Assembly: GCA_002269645.1 (NCBI GenBank)
Contig: NIVC01000302.1
Span: forward strand, 316,303-380,302
Direction of reading: 5' to 3'
Origin: Macrostomum lignano
Taxonomy: Eukaryota
DNA length: 64,000 nucleotides
Made by a program: the position numbers and the translations under genes. The notes beneath the pieces were generated by a model that was not told where the DNA came from, made no database searches, and saw nothing but the letters and a program-made list of their open reading frames with translations. Positions 46,176 through 59,111 of this stretch are shown in pieces (the stretch's first letter is position 1; the number at the start of each line of letters is the position of its first letter).

Positions 46176-49100
46176 TCAATCCGCATCGGCGCCGCTATTT
46201 GCCGCATTCCCGTCTTCGCCGTTCAGCTGCAGTCGTCGTCGCCGACTAGCCGTCGCCTGGGCCAACTTTACCGACAGCGCCGCTAGCGCCACATTGAAGT
46301 CCTCGTCAGTCACGTAGCGCCTACCACCGGCCAGCCTGGCGTTGAGCTTGGCCTCCTCAACCAGCTGGCTGAGCTCGGCGCCGCTCAGTCCCCGGCACCT
46401 GCCATCGTCGGCAATCCTAGCCAGCGTAGACATCCGGTCGACACCGTCGCCGAATGGCGGCTTAGTTCGAGTCAGCGCGGCTAGAACTTCGAGACGTTCG
46501 GCGGAAGACTGCGGCTTTCGCACGACGATAGTCTTACCCAGGCGGCCCGGCCGGCGGATGGCCGCGTCAATCAAGTCCGGCCGGTTGGTGGCCGCCATGA
46601 CGAACACCTGGCCGCGGCACTCCAGCCCGTCTAATAGAGTCAGCAGCTGGTTAACCACCTGAGGTTTGTTTGGTGATAGCTTGAAGCAGGTTTATTGTAT
46701 CAACCCGACGATGAAATTAAATTAGCCTTGTGGCTTTCGGCGTTCCACCAATTAAAGACGACATCGTCTTTTCTTTTGCTCACTGCGCCAGCCAATAGCA
46801 ACCCTGGCCCACCCCAATCTTTCCTACCCATCCATTTGCTCACTGCGCCAGCCAATAGCAACCCTGGCCCACCCCAATCTTTCCTACCCATCCATTTGCT
46901 CACTGCGCCAGCCAATAGCAACCCTGGCCCACCCCCATCGTTCCTACCCATCCATTTGCTCACTGCGCCAGCCAATAGCAGCCCTGGACCACCCCCATCT
47001 TTCCCTACCTTGCTGCTTGCCAGCCAATCATAATTAAGAAAACTCACCGTAGAATGAGCCCCTGTGTCGCTGCCCCGATGGGCGCAAACCGCGTCGATCT
47101 CATCGAAGAACACTAGACAGGGCTGGCAGGCTCTGGCATTCTCGAACAGCACGCGCAGCGCCCGTTCGCTTTCGCCCAGATATTTATCGAATATCTCCGG
47201 CCCTTTCACGCTCATAAAGTTCAATCCGGCTTCGTTGCTCAACGCTTTGGCCAGTAAAGTTTTGCCACAGCCGGGCTCGCCAACTAGTAGCAGACCGTCG
47301 GCTTTTTGGCCAATAGCCTCAGCGCCTTCTGGGTCCAGCACCAGCGACATGAATGTCTGGCGGATCTCGCGCTTAGCTTCGAAACAGCCGCCAATATCCT
47401 CCCAGCTGACGTCCGGGATGCGAACAAAGTGCGGCTTCTGCTTGGCCAACGGCAGCACCCGATCGAAGGCAGACTGGAGGCGAGCCGAGTCTAATTCGAG
47501 AGCAGCTGGCTCGGTGCCAGGTGAGGCTGCAGCGGCTGGTTAGGGCGAGGGAGGGGTGGGGGCGGCTCTGATAGGCTTTGTGTGACTGGTTCGGTTTTTA
47601 AGGGGCTTTTATCCCGATATTCAGCACGCGAATGGAAGAATCGCCCTTTACTCTCAATCTCTCATTGAATAATCGCCCTCTACTCTCATTGGAGAATCTC
47701 CCTCTGCTCTCATTGAAGAATCGCCCTCTACTCTCATTGGAGAATCTCCCTCTGCTCTCATTGAAGAATCGCCCTCTACTCTCATTGGAGAATCGCCCTC
47801 TGCTCTCATTGAAGAATCGCCCTCTACTCTCATTGATGAATCGACCTCTGTTTTCATTGGAGAATCGCCCTTTACTCTCTTTGAAGAATCGCGCTCTACT
47901 CTCATTGATGAATCGCCCTCTACTCTCTTTGAAGAATCGCCCTCTACTCTCTTTGAAGAATCGCCCTCTACTCTCTTTGAAGAATCGCCCTCTATTCTCT
48001 TTGAAGAATCGCCCTCTACTCTCTTTGAAGAATCGCCCTCTACTCTCATTGATGAATCGACCTCTACTCTCTTTGAAGAATCGCCCTTTACTCTCTTTGA
48101 AGAATCGCCCTCTACTCTCTTTGAAGAATCGCGCTCTACTCTCTTTGAAGAATCGCCCTCTACTCTCTTTGAAGAATCGCCCTCTACTCTCTTTGAAGAA
48201 TCGCGCTCTACTCTCTTTGAAGAATCGCCCTCTACTCTAATTGATGAATCGCGTTCTACTCTCATTGGAGAATCGCCCTCTAATCTCATAGGAGAATCGA
48301 CATCTACTCCCACTGAAGAATTGCCCTCTAATCTCATTGGAGAATCGTCCTCTACTCTCCTATAATTTAGCACAATGGACTCACAAAGAGAATCGCCAAA
48401 GTCTCGCATCAGCTTGGCGATCCGCTGGTAGCCGCTATCTTCGCCGTCAACGCCGCCGCCACCGCTGTGAGGCAGTCGCAGGGAAACGTGCGCATCTTCC
48501 ACCGCCTCCCGGACCAGCTGTTTCAAATCGCCAACATTGAATCCAACAGTTCTCAGAGAGCAGGATTCCAACAAATCGGAGCCGCTGCAGTCCAGCAGTC
48601 GGACCCCGGCCGAAGCGAACAGCTGACTGAGACAGGCGGCGCGTTGGCGCCGATCCAACAAGCCGAGGCGGACAACTTTGCGGAAGGCGCACAACAGACC
48701 GTCGTCCATGTCGGTCAGGGCGGAGCTGGACTCGCCAATTAACAATACGCGGGTGCCGACGAACTCGGGCAGACAGTTGAGCAGAGCTCGGCGGCAGGCG
48801 GCCAGAGGCTTGTTGGCCTCGGAGACGGTGGACAGTCGGTCGACGCTGTGCAGCAACAGCAGGCAGGGCTGGGCGGCAGTGGCTTTGGACAGCACAGCTT
48901 GCCACATCGCTGCCGCGGCTTCGGCAGTTTTGCCAGCGAACCAGTCTAGGTGCAGCTCGCATAGGGGCATGCCTGAGAGCTGGTTAAAATTTCAGTGAAG
49001 CTGGGGATCAATGGGGAATAGTGCTCAGATAAAGCTGGGGATCAATGGGGAATAGTGCTCAGATAAAGCTGGGGATCAATGGAGAATAGTGCTCAGATAA

Positions 49101-52100
49101 AGCTGGGGATCAATGGGAAATAGTGCTCAGATAAAACTGGGGATCAATGGAGAATAGTGCTCAGATAAAGCTGGGGATCAATGGGGAATAGTGCTCAGAT
49201 AAAACTGGGGATCAATGGAGAATAGTGCTCAGATAAAGCTGGGGATCAATGGGGAATAGTGCTCAGATAAAGCTGGCGATCAATGGGGAATAGTGCTCAG
49301 ATAAAGCTGGTGATCAATGGGGAATAGTGCTCAGATAAAACTGGGGATCAATGGGGAATAGTGCTCAGATAAAGCTGGGGATCAATGGAGAATAGTGCTC
49401 AGATAAAACTGAGGATCAATGGAGAACAGTGCTCAGATAAAACTGGGGATCAATGGAGAATAGTGCTCAGATAAAACTGAGGATCAATGGAGAATAGTGC
49501 TCAGATAAAACTGAGGATCAATGGAGAATAGTGCTCAGATAAAGCTAGCAATTGATGGAAGATCTATGCCACAATAGAAAACACAATCATCAGACGATTT
49601 TTTGAAAGACTTACAGCGGCTACGGCCCGAACCAGAGTGGTTTTTCCGCTCTTTGGCGAGCCGAGCACGAAGCAGCCCTGCAGCTCTTCGGTGACCAGCG
49701 AGGGCGGGCAGGACAGGGCGGCCACTGCTACGCGACACAGGGCCTGCGGGTGAGCAATGAGGTGGCGGAGGTGAACTTAAGCTAGGTGTTTAAAAGAAGA
49801 GTTGTTGGAAGACTAATTCTGGCCTTTTGGGGTGGTTGAGGCACCATTTCTGCGACTATTTTATAGCTGATGCGCGATTTCTGTGGGGATAATTCATGGG
49901 ATATTTCCATGGGGATAATTGATGGGGCGATTTCCATGGGGAAAAAATGGGAAATTTCCATTGGGATAATTAATGAGCGATTCCTATGGAGATAATTAAT
50001 GGGAAAATCCCATGAGGATAACTGATGGGAAATTTCCATGCGGATATTTATGGGGGAGATTTTCCATGGGGATAATTGATGGGAGATTTCCATGGGGACA
50101 ATTGATGGGAGATTTCCGTTGGGATACTTGATTGGAGATTTCAGTTGGGACAATAGACGGGCAATTTTACGGGAATTTCCATGGGGATAATTGATAGAAG
50201 ATTTCTATGGATAGAAAGGGTTAACTTCTAGACTGGAGCAGCTTAAGGAAGATTTCTAACATCTAAACCGATAAGATTAGGGAAGATCTGATAATTATTA
50301 ACCGCCCAATCATCGACGCAGCCCCAGCGCTAAGAACTTGCCATCAGCTCGTCGTGGAACAGGTCCTTGAACAGCGCCTCCGAATTCAACTGCGGCACGC
50401 TAAATTCCAGCTCCATCTCGTCCACCAGCCGAGTGGCCAGGCTTCTCCGTTCAACTGACGAAACCGCCGCCGCCGCTCCTGCTGGCTCGTCGGATTTGCG
50501 CAGACGACGCCGACGCTTCGACGGTGGAGGCAGCGGTGTAGCCGACGATGACGCGATGTCGTCGCCGTTGTCCACCGGCTCCAGATCGTCGTGTACATCG
50601 CCGGTAGTTGCTATCGAAGTCGGCGTGGCGTGATTGCCGGAGGCGGCTGCTGCGGTTTCGCGAATTCTGCGCAGACTGGCTTCGTTGAGACTGCTGCGGT
50701 AGTCCTGGGGAAAACAGCAGAAAAATAGATTTGTTCTTTAATTTCTTCCGCTTAATCATCAGCTTTAAAACACAGTAGGAATACCAAAACAAGAGAGAAT
50801 CCCCCCTCAGCTTAGTCGCCAGCCCTTCGGACCGTCTAGATATTCAACAATTCTGCCAGAGGGTCGAATTTTTCCAATAAGCGCCAGTGTATTCGCCCCT
50901 GTGCAGCGTGCACCAATCAGCACTGCGCCTCAGTGCGGCCTCCAAAGTTCACCAGCACGTCGACCACAGGTGTCTGCACTAGAGATGCCATCGCCTTCCC
51001 AGGGGTGCCATCGCTATCCCAGGGGCGCCATCGCTATCCCAGGGGCGCCATCGCTATCCCAGGGGCGCCATCGCTATCCCAATGGCGCCATCGCTATCCC
51101 CAAGAGCGCCATCGCTATCCCCAAGAGCGCCATCGCTATCCCCAAGAGCGCCATAGCTATCCCCAAGAGCGCCATCGCTATCCCCAAGAGCGCCATCGCT
51201 ATCCCAAGGGGCGCCATCGCTATCCCCAAGAGCGCCATCGCTATCCCAATGGCATCATTGCTATCCCCAAGAGCGCCATCGCTATCCCCAAGAGCGCCAT
51301 CGCTATCCCAATGGCATCATTGCTATCCCCAAGAGCGCCATCGCTATCCCCAAGAGCGCCATCGCTATCCCCAAGAGCGCCATCGCTATCCCAAGGGGCG
51401 CCATCGCTATCCCACTGGCGCCGTTTCCAGAGCGCTTCTCCAAGGGCACCAAAGCTATTGCGATGGGGTAGCCATATGATTTTCCCAGTCCTACATCTCC
51501 AGGTAGATCTCATAGGCAAAATTTTCGAAGTGAAATCGGTAAAACTAATCAACAGAATGGGTCAACCAGCGCATTAGAAAAAAGAACCTTTTGACTCGAA
51601 TAGATTCGTGAGAAAGTCTAATTTTTGCATCGAAAAATTTAACCGCATGAACCGCAAGAAGTAGAACTAGACGCTACAGGCTAGTAAGACATCGTTAACT
51701 ATCACAGCATAAAGTTAAGTAATCCGCGTACTAACCGCGATCAACCCTGCTTAACTTAACAGCTCTGAACTTGGAATTTCGTCGTTAAGAACTCACCGGC
51801 TCTTCAATATATTCGCCGCCAGAGAAGTCCATATACCAGTCTCCGCCATCATCGCCATTATTATTATCGCAGCCGGAGCCGGGCAGACGCCAGCCCCGTT
51901 GCTTAGCAACCTGAACAAATTTCAATGCTTTAATCGCGTCCTTGCGCCAGTGCTTCTCTTTGCGACGGTGAAATTCGCTGGACAAGAAAATTACGCGCAA
52001 TTGCATAAAAAGATGCCAATAAATCATACATGCTACTGTCATTAGTAGCGCAGTTGCGCAAAGTTAAAATAAATAAATATATTTATATATTGTTAAAATT

Positions 52101-52899
52101 TGCACACTTACGCGTTGTTTCCGTGAATGTAGTTGATAAATGCTTGCGTATCACCAGTAGGATGCTTTATAACAAACTGCGGGGTTAACAAAAAAATGTG
52201 GTAATGTTTTTATAATGCTATATGTTATTTTATTTAGTTATTCCGCTATTTAAGACACTGCATAGCTCAACGCGACTCTTGGGCCTCGGCTCAAACTAAC
52301 CACTTCATAATACTTTCATTGGGCATCTGTTCAGCGCTTTTTGTTTAAATTTGCGCGTACCAAAAAAATTAGATTCTTAGACTATTAATAAAAATTATAA
52401 TTTTTGTCTACTCCATGGCACCAAAAACCAACAGATCTAAGGTGTCACATTGAGGATCTAGGAAGGTAACAGAGGATCTAGGAAATTGATTGAGGATCTA
52501 GGAAGGTGATTGAGGATCTGAGAAGGTGATTAAGGATCTGTGAAGATGATTAAGGATCTGGGAAGATGATTGAGGATCTGAGAAGGTGATTAAGGATCTG
52601 TGAAGATGATTAAGGATCTGGGAAGATGATTAAGGATCTGTGAAGGTGATTGAGGATCTGAGAAGATGATTGAGGATTTGGGAAGATGATTGAGGATCTG
52701 GGAATGTGATTTGAGGGTTCTGGAAAGGTGATTGAGGATCTTGGATAGCGAGTGGCAAATCTGGTGACTGCTGATTACATACCTGTATGTGAAAAAAGGT
52801 TCAAAATAAAAAATTTCATTCACTCACCTGATGCGCCACTCGCAACAGGCCCCGATTTTTATCGTTAATCTGCGGCGGCTTATAGCTGGACGGGGTCAT
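46176..52899 (-). CDS. NVL: Nuclear VCP-like AAA+ ATPase (NVL/Rix7), ~791 aa
   Basis: Exons 52899-52828, 52176-52112, 51977-51797, 50704-50342, 49743-49615, 48979-48385, 47535-47048, 46658-46176, phase-consistent (one GC-AG intron). D2: PDVSWEDIGG, GEPGCGKTLLAKA, NFMSVKGPE, LVFFDEIDA, VVNQLLTLLDG, AATNRPDLIDAAIRRPGRL; N-terminal EFHRRK segment like the NVL nucleolin-binding domain. Confidence 0.88.
46775..47010. repeat. 60-bp tandem repeat, ~4 copies, NVL intron 7
   Basis: ttgctcactgcgccagccaatagcaaccctggccccacccc... repeated with 60-nt period. Confidence 0.95.
47635..48350. repeat. 24-bp minisatellite (ctctttgaagaatcgccctctact), NVL intron 6
   Basis: About 29 copies; open in frame with the upstream exon but lies after the T|gtgagt donor at 48384. 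Confidence 0.95.
48998..49552. repeat. 34-bp minisatellite (agctggggatcaatggggaatagtgctcagataa), NVL intron 5
   Basis: About 16 copies. Confidence 0.97.
49870..50215. repeat. Degenerate minisatellite (atttccatggggataattgatggga-like), NVL intron 4
   Basis: Recurring tttccatgggga/aattgatggg motifs. Confidence 0.8.
50985..51425. repeat. 21-bp minisatellite (gcgccatcgctatccccaaga), NVL intron 3
   Basis: About 20 copies. Confidence 0.97.
52450..52745. repeat. 20-bp minisatellite (gaggatctgggaagatgatt), NVL intron 1
   Basis: About 14 copies; same family as 54355-54700. Confidence 0.95.
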
Positions 52900-53399
52900 T
52901 TCATTAATAATTTTAATTAATGAAAAGCAACAGACAGAATTCGGGCTTTAAACTAGCTTAGCAACCAGCTGAAATTGTGATTGTGATAATTATTGATATT
53001 GAACATACACAATATTAGTTGCTATAATATATTATAGTATATTACTACGTATCAATAATTGAGTTAAACTACGAAAGCAAAGTCGGAAAAGTAATAAACA
53101 CAATATATCGCATTTATTATTGATTAAAAACGTTAACAAAATGCATGAAGTTTAAAAAATAGGGACGGAAACTGCAGATTATACACATTATACACAGACT
53201 CAATATACGAGTCTGTGTCGTATAAGTCTCGTATAAGCAAGTGTGGAAATTTTGATCATCTTCGATGCAAACAGAATGGTAAGTTTTATTTATCCCTTTA
53301 GGTTTAAACAATGACATCAATAAAGCTGTTGAGCTATATGCTACAGATTGCTTCAGATTTTTTTCAATGATTTATGGTCAACATTTTAACTTTTAACTC

Positions 53400-53900
53400 G
53401 TTAAGGATGTGCCACTCGAGTTTATGATGTCCGAATCTAGTTTAGGATGTCCCATTCTGATTTAGGATGTCCCACTTTAGTTTAGGATGTCCCACTCCAG
53501 TTTAGAATGTCCCATTCAGGTTTAGGAAGTCCCACTCCAGTTTAGAATGTCCCATTCAGGTTTAGGATGTCCACTCCAGTTTATGATGTCCCATTCAGGT
53601 TTAGGATGTCCACTCCAGTTTAGGATGTCCACTCCAGTTTATGATGTCCCACTCCAGCTTAGGATGTCCCACTCCAGTTTATGATGTCCCACTCCAGTTT
53701 AGAATGTCCCACTCCAGTTTAGAATGTCCCACTCCAGTTTATGATGTCCCACTCCAGTTTAGAATGTCCCACTCCAGTTTAGAATGTCCCACTCCAGTTT
53801 AGGATGTCCCATTCTGGTTTAGGATGTCCCATTCTGGTTTAGGATGTCCCACTCCAGTTTAGGATGTCCCATTGTGGTTTAGGATGTGCCATTCTCAGTC
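53400..53900. repeat. 20-bp minisatellite (gtttaggatgtcccactcca) between TUBD1 and NVL
   Basis: About 24 copies. Confidence 0.95.
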
Positions 53901-53932
53901 CCATAGTAGCTATCGTAAAAACGCAGGCTCAG

Positions 53933-56900
53933 CTAAAGATTTCGATAATTAAAGACCGTCTGCTCGGCCGCGGCAAAGCAGTCTAAGAAGGCGGCCTCCT
54001 CCAACCCGAACCGGGCATACTGATGCACGAACGCTTTGGCGGCGAACATTGACCAGGCTCTGGCTATGGACCGGTCCAGCGTGTCCGCTCCGGTTGCGCA
54101 ATTGGACACCAGGGCGCAGGCGCGCTCGTAGCCTCGATAGGGCCGGCCAGTGCGGCACACTGTCAGCCGGTCAGACTGCGGCAGCCAGGCTGGGTGCAGC
54201 TCCGGCAGTAGCAGGTGCTGCTCCCAGTCGGCTGGGCACAGGCTGTCGGCGCCTGGAGAATCAGTATTGGAATTGAGCAGAGCTAACTTTTTTATGGGTT
54301 AATTTTTTGCTGTTTAGAAGGGAAGGTTTGGGTAATCTTGGAATATCTGGGAGGGTGGCTGAGGATCTGGGGAAGTGATTGAGGATCTGAAAAGGTTTTT
54401 GAGGACTTAGGAAGAAGATTGGGGATCTGGGAAGGTGATTAAGGACTTAGGAAGGAGATTGGGGATCTGGGAAGGTGATTAAGGATCTAAGGTGATTGAG
54501 GATCTGGGAAGGTGATTGAGGATCTAGGAAGGTGATTGAGGATCTAGGAAGGTGATTGAGGATCTAGGAAGGTGATTAAGGATCTAAAAAGGTCTTTGAG
54601 GATCTGGGAAGGCGATTGAGGATCTGGGAAGATGATTGAGGATCTGGGGAGGTGATTGAGGATTTGGGAAGGTGATTGAGGATCTTGGAATGTTTTTGAG
54701 ATTTAGGAGAGCAATACCCGACAAAGGGGAGATCCGGCATCCCACACGTAGGCCAGCAACTCAAACCTACCAAGTCCGCGAAGCCACAGCCGGCTAGCAA
54801 AGCATCTCTGCCTGCCGGAGGCGGCTGTTAGAGCGGCATCCTGCCGCCAGTCGAGGCCCTCCTCAACGGCGGCGCCGGCCAGCAGCATCTGGCGCAGATG
54901 GCGCAGCAGACCCGGCCAAGCGAAGCCGGAGAACTCCTTGGCCCGCTCGGAAGCGTAGGGCAGGCAGCGCAGCTGCAGCAGCCGCAGGTCCGGATGCGGG
55001 CAGAGACTCGCCGCTATGCCGCCAAGCGCCGGGCCCTGAGCCGCCGCGGACTGGACACCGCAGGCTGGCTGCAGGATAGCTCCAAGCTGGTGGCCAATCA
55101 TCGCGTTGAGGTGGCCGACGTCGACGCGGGCTAGACCGAGGCGTCGTTCGCAGGCGTCCTGCAGGCGATCGTTTTCAAACAAAAGCAAAGCGTCACAGGC
55201 GGCAGTGAGGTGAGCTGTGGTCAGCACGCTGTTGTAGGCCTGGACAGAGACTTCGCCTCGGCTGTGCGGCCACACCAGGCCGGAGATCTGGCGGACAGGT
55301 TAAACAGCTGCGGCGTCATTGATTGCTGTTTAATAATCAACCAGATAGAGGCTGAATTTTTTTTACATTTCTAAGAAATTAACAACCTTCCACTGACATT
55401 TCTATAGAATCAACAATCTTCCGTCTGTCATTTCTATAGAGTCAACAGCCTTCCTATGGGCAGTTTTAAAGAATTATTAACTTTTCATTTCACATTTTAA
55501 TAAAAATCAACAACCTTCCATATGACATTTCTATAGAAACAACCACCTTCCATATGACATTTCTATGGAATCAACAATCTTCCATATGACATTTCTGTAG
55601 AATCAACAACCTTCTATATGACATTTCTGTAGAATCAACCACCTTCCATATGACATTTCTGTAGAATCAACAACCTTCTATATGACATTTCTGTAGAATC
55701 AACCACCTTCCATATGACATTTCTGTAGAATCAACAACCTTCTATATGACATTTCTGTAGAATCAACCACCTTCCATATGACATTTCTGTAGAATCAACC
55801 ACCTTCCATATGACATTTCTGTAGAATCAACCACCTTCCTTCTGACATTTCTGTAGCATCAACAACCTTCTGTCTGACATTTCTGTAGCATCAACAGCCT
55901 TACGCTATATTTTAAAATCAACATTTCGAACGATATGTCTATAAAATTCTATTACAACTGAAATCTTACGTCAGGCAGTTCTCTAAAGGACAACATCTCT
56001 GGTTCTACTTATTCCGAAAGCGATGATACGAAGACCAAATAATTACCAAATTAGCCTGAGGATACTCGTCTCGGACTTGTTCGCATACAAACGTGCCCAG
56101 CCCGGACCCGGTGCCGCCGGCCAGGCTCATTAACGCTAGGAAGCCGTCTAGACGATCGCTGGCTTCGGCCTGACGACGGACAATCTCGGACAGATTGGGC
56201 CAACATTTTGGGCCGTGGTGACGATAGCCCTGAAAGGCAAAATACGAGTAGATAATGGAAAATTCTGTTTTGCATAGAATTGTGCGCTATCCCTCCATTC
56301 CGTCTCAGATCTCCTTTATTCTTCTGTCCTAGAGGGTGTGCCGTCACTTCTATTCTTCGGTATTAGAGGGTGTGCTATCCTATTCTGTACTAGAGGGTGT
56401 GCTATCCTATTCTGTACTAGAGGGTATGCTATCCTATTCTGTACTAGAGGGTATGCTATCCTATTCAGTATTAGAGGGTGTGCTATCCTATTCTGTACTA
56501 GAGGGTATGCTATCCTATTCTGTACTAGAGGGTGTGCTATCCTATTCTGTATTAGAGGGTGTGCTATCCTATTCTGTACTAGAGGGTGTGCTATCCTATT
56601 CTGTATTAGAGGGTGTGCTATCCTATTCTGTACTAGAGGGTGTGCTATCCTATTCTGTATTAGAGGGTGTGCTATCCTATTCTGTACTAGAGGGTGTGCT
56701 ATCCTATTCTGTACTAGAGGGTGTGCTATCCTATTCTGTATTAGAGGGTGTGCTATCCTATTCTGTACTAGAGGGTATGCTATCCTATTCTGTACTAGAG
56801 GGTGTGCTATCCTATTCTGTATTAGAGGGTGTGCTATCCTATTCTGTACTAGAGGGTGTGCTATCCTATTCTGTATTAGAGGGTGTGCTATCCTATTCTG

Positions 56901-58765
56901 TACTAGAGGGTGTGCTATCCTATTCTGTATTAGAGGGTGTGCTATCCTATTCTGTATTAGAGGGTGTGCTATCCTATTCTGTACTAGAGGGTGTGCTATC
57001 CTATTCTGTACTAGAGGGTGTGCTATCCTATTCTGTACTAGAGGGTGTGCTATCCTATTCTGTACTAGAGGGTGTGCTATCCTATTCTGTACTAGAGGGT
57101 GTGCTATCCTATTCTGTACTAGAGGGTGTGCTATCCTATTCTGTACTAGAGGGTATGCTATCCTATTCTGTACTAGAGGGTGTGCTATCCTATTCTGTAC
57201 TAGAGGGTATGCTATCCTATTCTGTATTAGAGGGTGTGCTATCCTATTCTGTACTAGAGGGTATGCTATCCTATTCTGTACTAGAGGGTGTGCTATCCTA
57301 TTCTGTACTAGAGGGTGTGCTATCCTATTCTGTACTAGAGGGTGTGCTATCCTATTCTGTACTAGAGGGTGTGCTATCCTATTCTGTACTAGAGGGTGTG
57401 CTATCCTATTCTGTACTAGAGGGTGTGCTATCCTATTCTGTACTAGAGGGTATGCTATCCTATTCTGTACTAGAGGGTGTGCTATCCTATTCTGTACTAG
57501 AGGGTATGCTATCCTATTCTGTATTAGAGGGTGTGCTATCCTATTCTGTACTAGAGGGTATGCTATCCTATTCTGTACTAGAGGGTGTGCTATCCTATTC
57601 TGTACTAGAGGGTATGCTATCCTATTCTGTACTAGAGGGTGTGCTATCCTATTCTGTACTAGAGGGTATGCTATCCTATTCTGTATTAGAGGGTGTGCTA
57701 TCCTATTCTGTATTAGAGGGTGTGCTATCCTATTCTGTACTAGAGGGTGTGCTATCCTATTCTGTACTAGAGGGTGTGCTATCCTATTCTGTACTAGAGG
57801 GTATGCTATCCTATTCTGTACTAGAGGGTATGCTATCCTATTCTGTACTAGAGGGTGTGCTATCCTATTCTGTATTAGAGGGTGTGCTATCCTATTCTGT
57901 ACTAGAGGGTATGCTATCCTATTCTGTACTAGAGGGTGTGCTATCCTATTCTGTACTAGAGGGTGTGCTATCCTATTCTGTACTAGAGGGTGTGCTATCC
58001 TATTCTGTACTAGAGGGTATGCTATCCTATTCTGTACTAGAGGGTATGCTATCCTATTCTGTACTAGAGGGTGTGCTATCCTATTCTGTACTAGAGGGTA
58101 TGCTATCCTATTCTGTACTAGAGGGTGTGCTATCCTATTCTGTATTAGAGGGTGTGCTATCCTATTCTGTACTAGAGGGTGTGCTATCCTATTCTGTATT
58201 AGAGGGTGTGCTATCCTATTCTGTACTAGAGGGTGTGCTATCCTATTCTGTATTAGAGGGTGTGCTATCCTATTCTGTATTAGAGGGTGTGCTATCCTAT
58301 TCTGTACTAGAGGGTGTGCTATCCTATTCTGTATTAGAGGGTATGCTATCCTATTCTGTACTAGAGGGTGTGCTATCCTTCTTATCTATCATACAAACTG
58401 ACAAGCTCCATAGTGCATACCTGAGCCCAGTTGTTGCCAGATCCGCGTTTCAGACACACCTTGGCATTATTTGCATAGGCCCAACAGCCAGACTTGGCGG
58501 CATCCTCAGTTACCATAGCAACAACTTTCTCTTCGGCATCGCACAGGACAGCTCTAGCCCGCATTGCCTGTTGCTGGCCAGCTTCGGTGCAGTGAAAGAA
58601 TCTATTTCGCGACACCTCCGAATATGCATCGTCTGTTTCTGTGACAGCTCTGCCACTAGTAGCGCGCCTGCAGTCTCCGCTGGCAAGATCTTCAATTATG
58701 CTGGAGAAAAATGCATGACCGACCTGATTGCCGCACTGGCCAAGCTGCAGTGTTACTATTGACAT
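53933..58765 (-). CDS. TUBD1: Tubulin delta chain, 454 aa
   Basis: Exons 58765-58421, 56229-56047, 55287-54771, 54252-53933; MSIVTLQLGQCGNQVG, ARAVLCDAEEKVV, GSGNNWAQ|GY, SLAGGTGSGLG, VWPHSRGEVSVQAYN, ENDRLQDAC, AFVHQYARFGLEE. Confidence 0.95.
54355..54700. repeat. 20-bp minisatellite (gaggatctgggaaggtgatt), TUBD1 intron 3
   Basis: About 16 copies. Confidence 0.95.
55370..55910. repeat. 32-bp minisatellite (aatcaaccaccttccatatgacatttctgtag), TUBD1 intron 2
   Basis: Core near-perfect, flanks degenerate. Confidence 0.95.
56332..58382. repeat. 27-bp minisatellite (gctatcctattctgtactagagggtgt), ~76 copies, TUBD1 intron 1
   Basis: Highly homogeneous array; source of the spurious 808-aa and 687-aa ORFs. 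Confidence 0.98.
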
Positions 58766-59111
58766 ACCGGCCTTGAAACTTCTTTGATAGACTGCAGTGT
58801 TGACAGGTATACACCAATTATATTATTTGACTAATTTTTTTCTATACATTATAGCTCAAGATAGCCTACTTTAAAAAATGTATTATGCTAAACATATAAA
58901 TGAGTCATATCAATGACTCATAGGAATAGCATTGGGTATTTTGTCTTAATGAAACAAAAATATTGTATTATTATATAACAACAATGTTCTTTGGCCAATG
59001 TTGGAAAATAGTTCTGTCTGTTGTGTGGCTTGTGTGCACTAATATTGCTATTTTATTGACACGCATAGTTTCATGTACTTTAGTGTACACTGCTCACGCT
59101 GCTTCTATGTA

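Noticed and set aside
47654-48384. RVEGDSSK repeat as part of the NVL protein
   Set aside because: A canonical T|gtgagt donor at 48384 and a phase-matched acceptor at 47535 remove it as an intron.
56336-58762. 808-aa and 687-aa plus-strand ORFs
   Set aside because: Pure translation of the 27-bp array; antisense to and inside TUBD1 intron 1.
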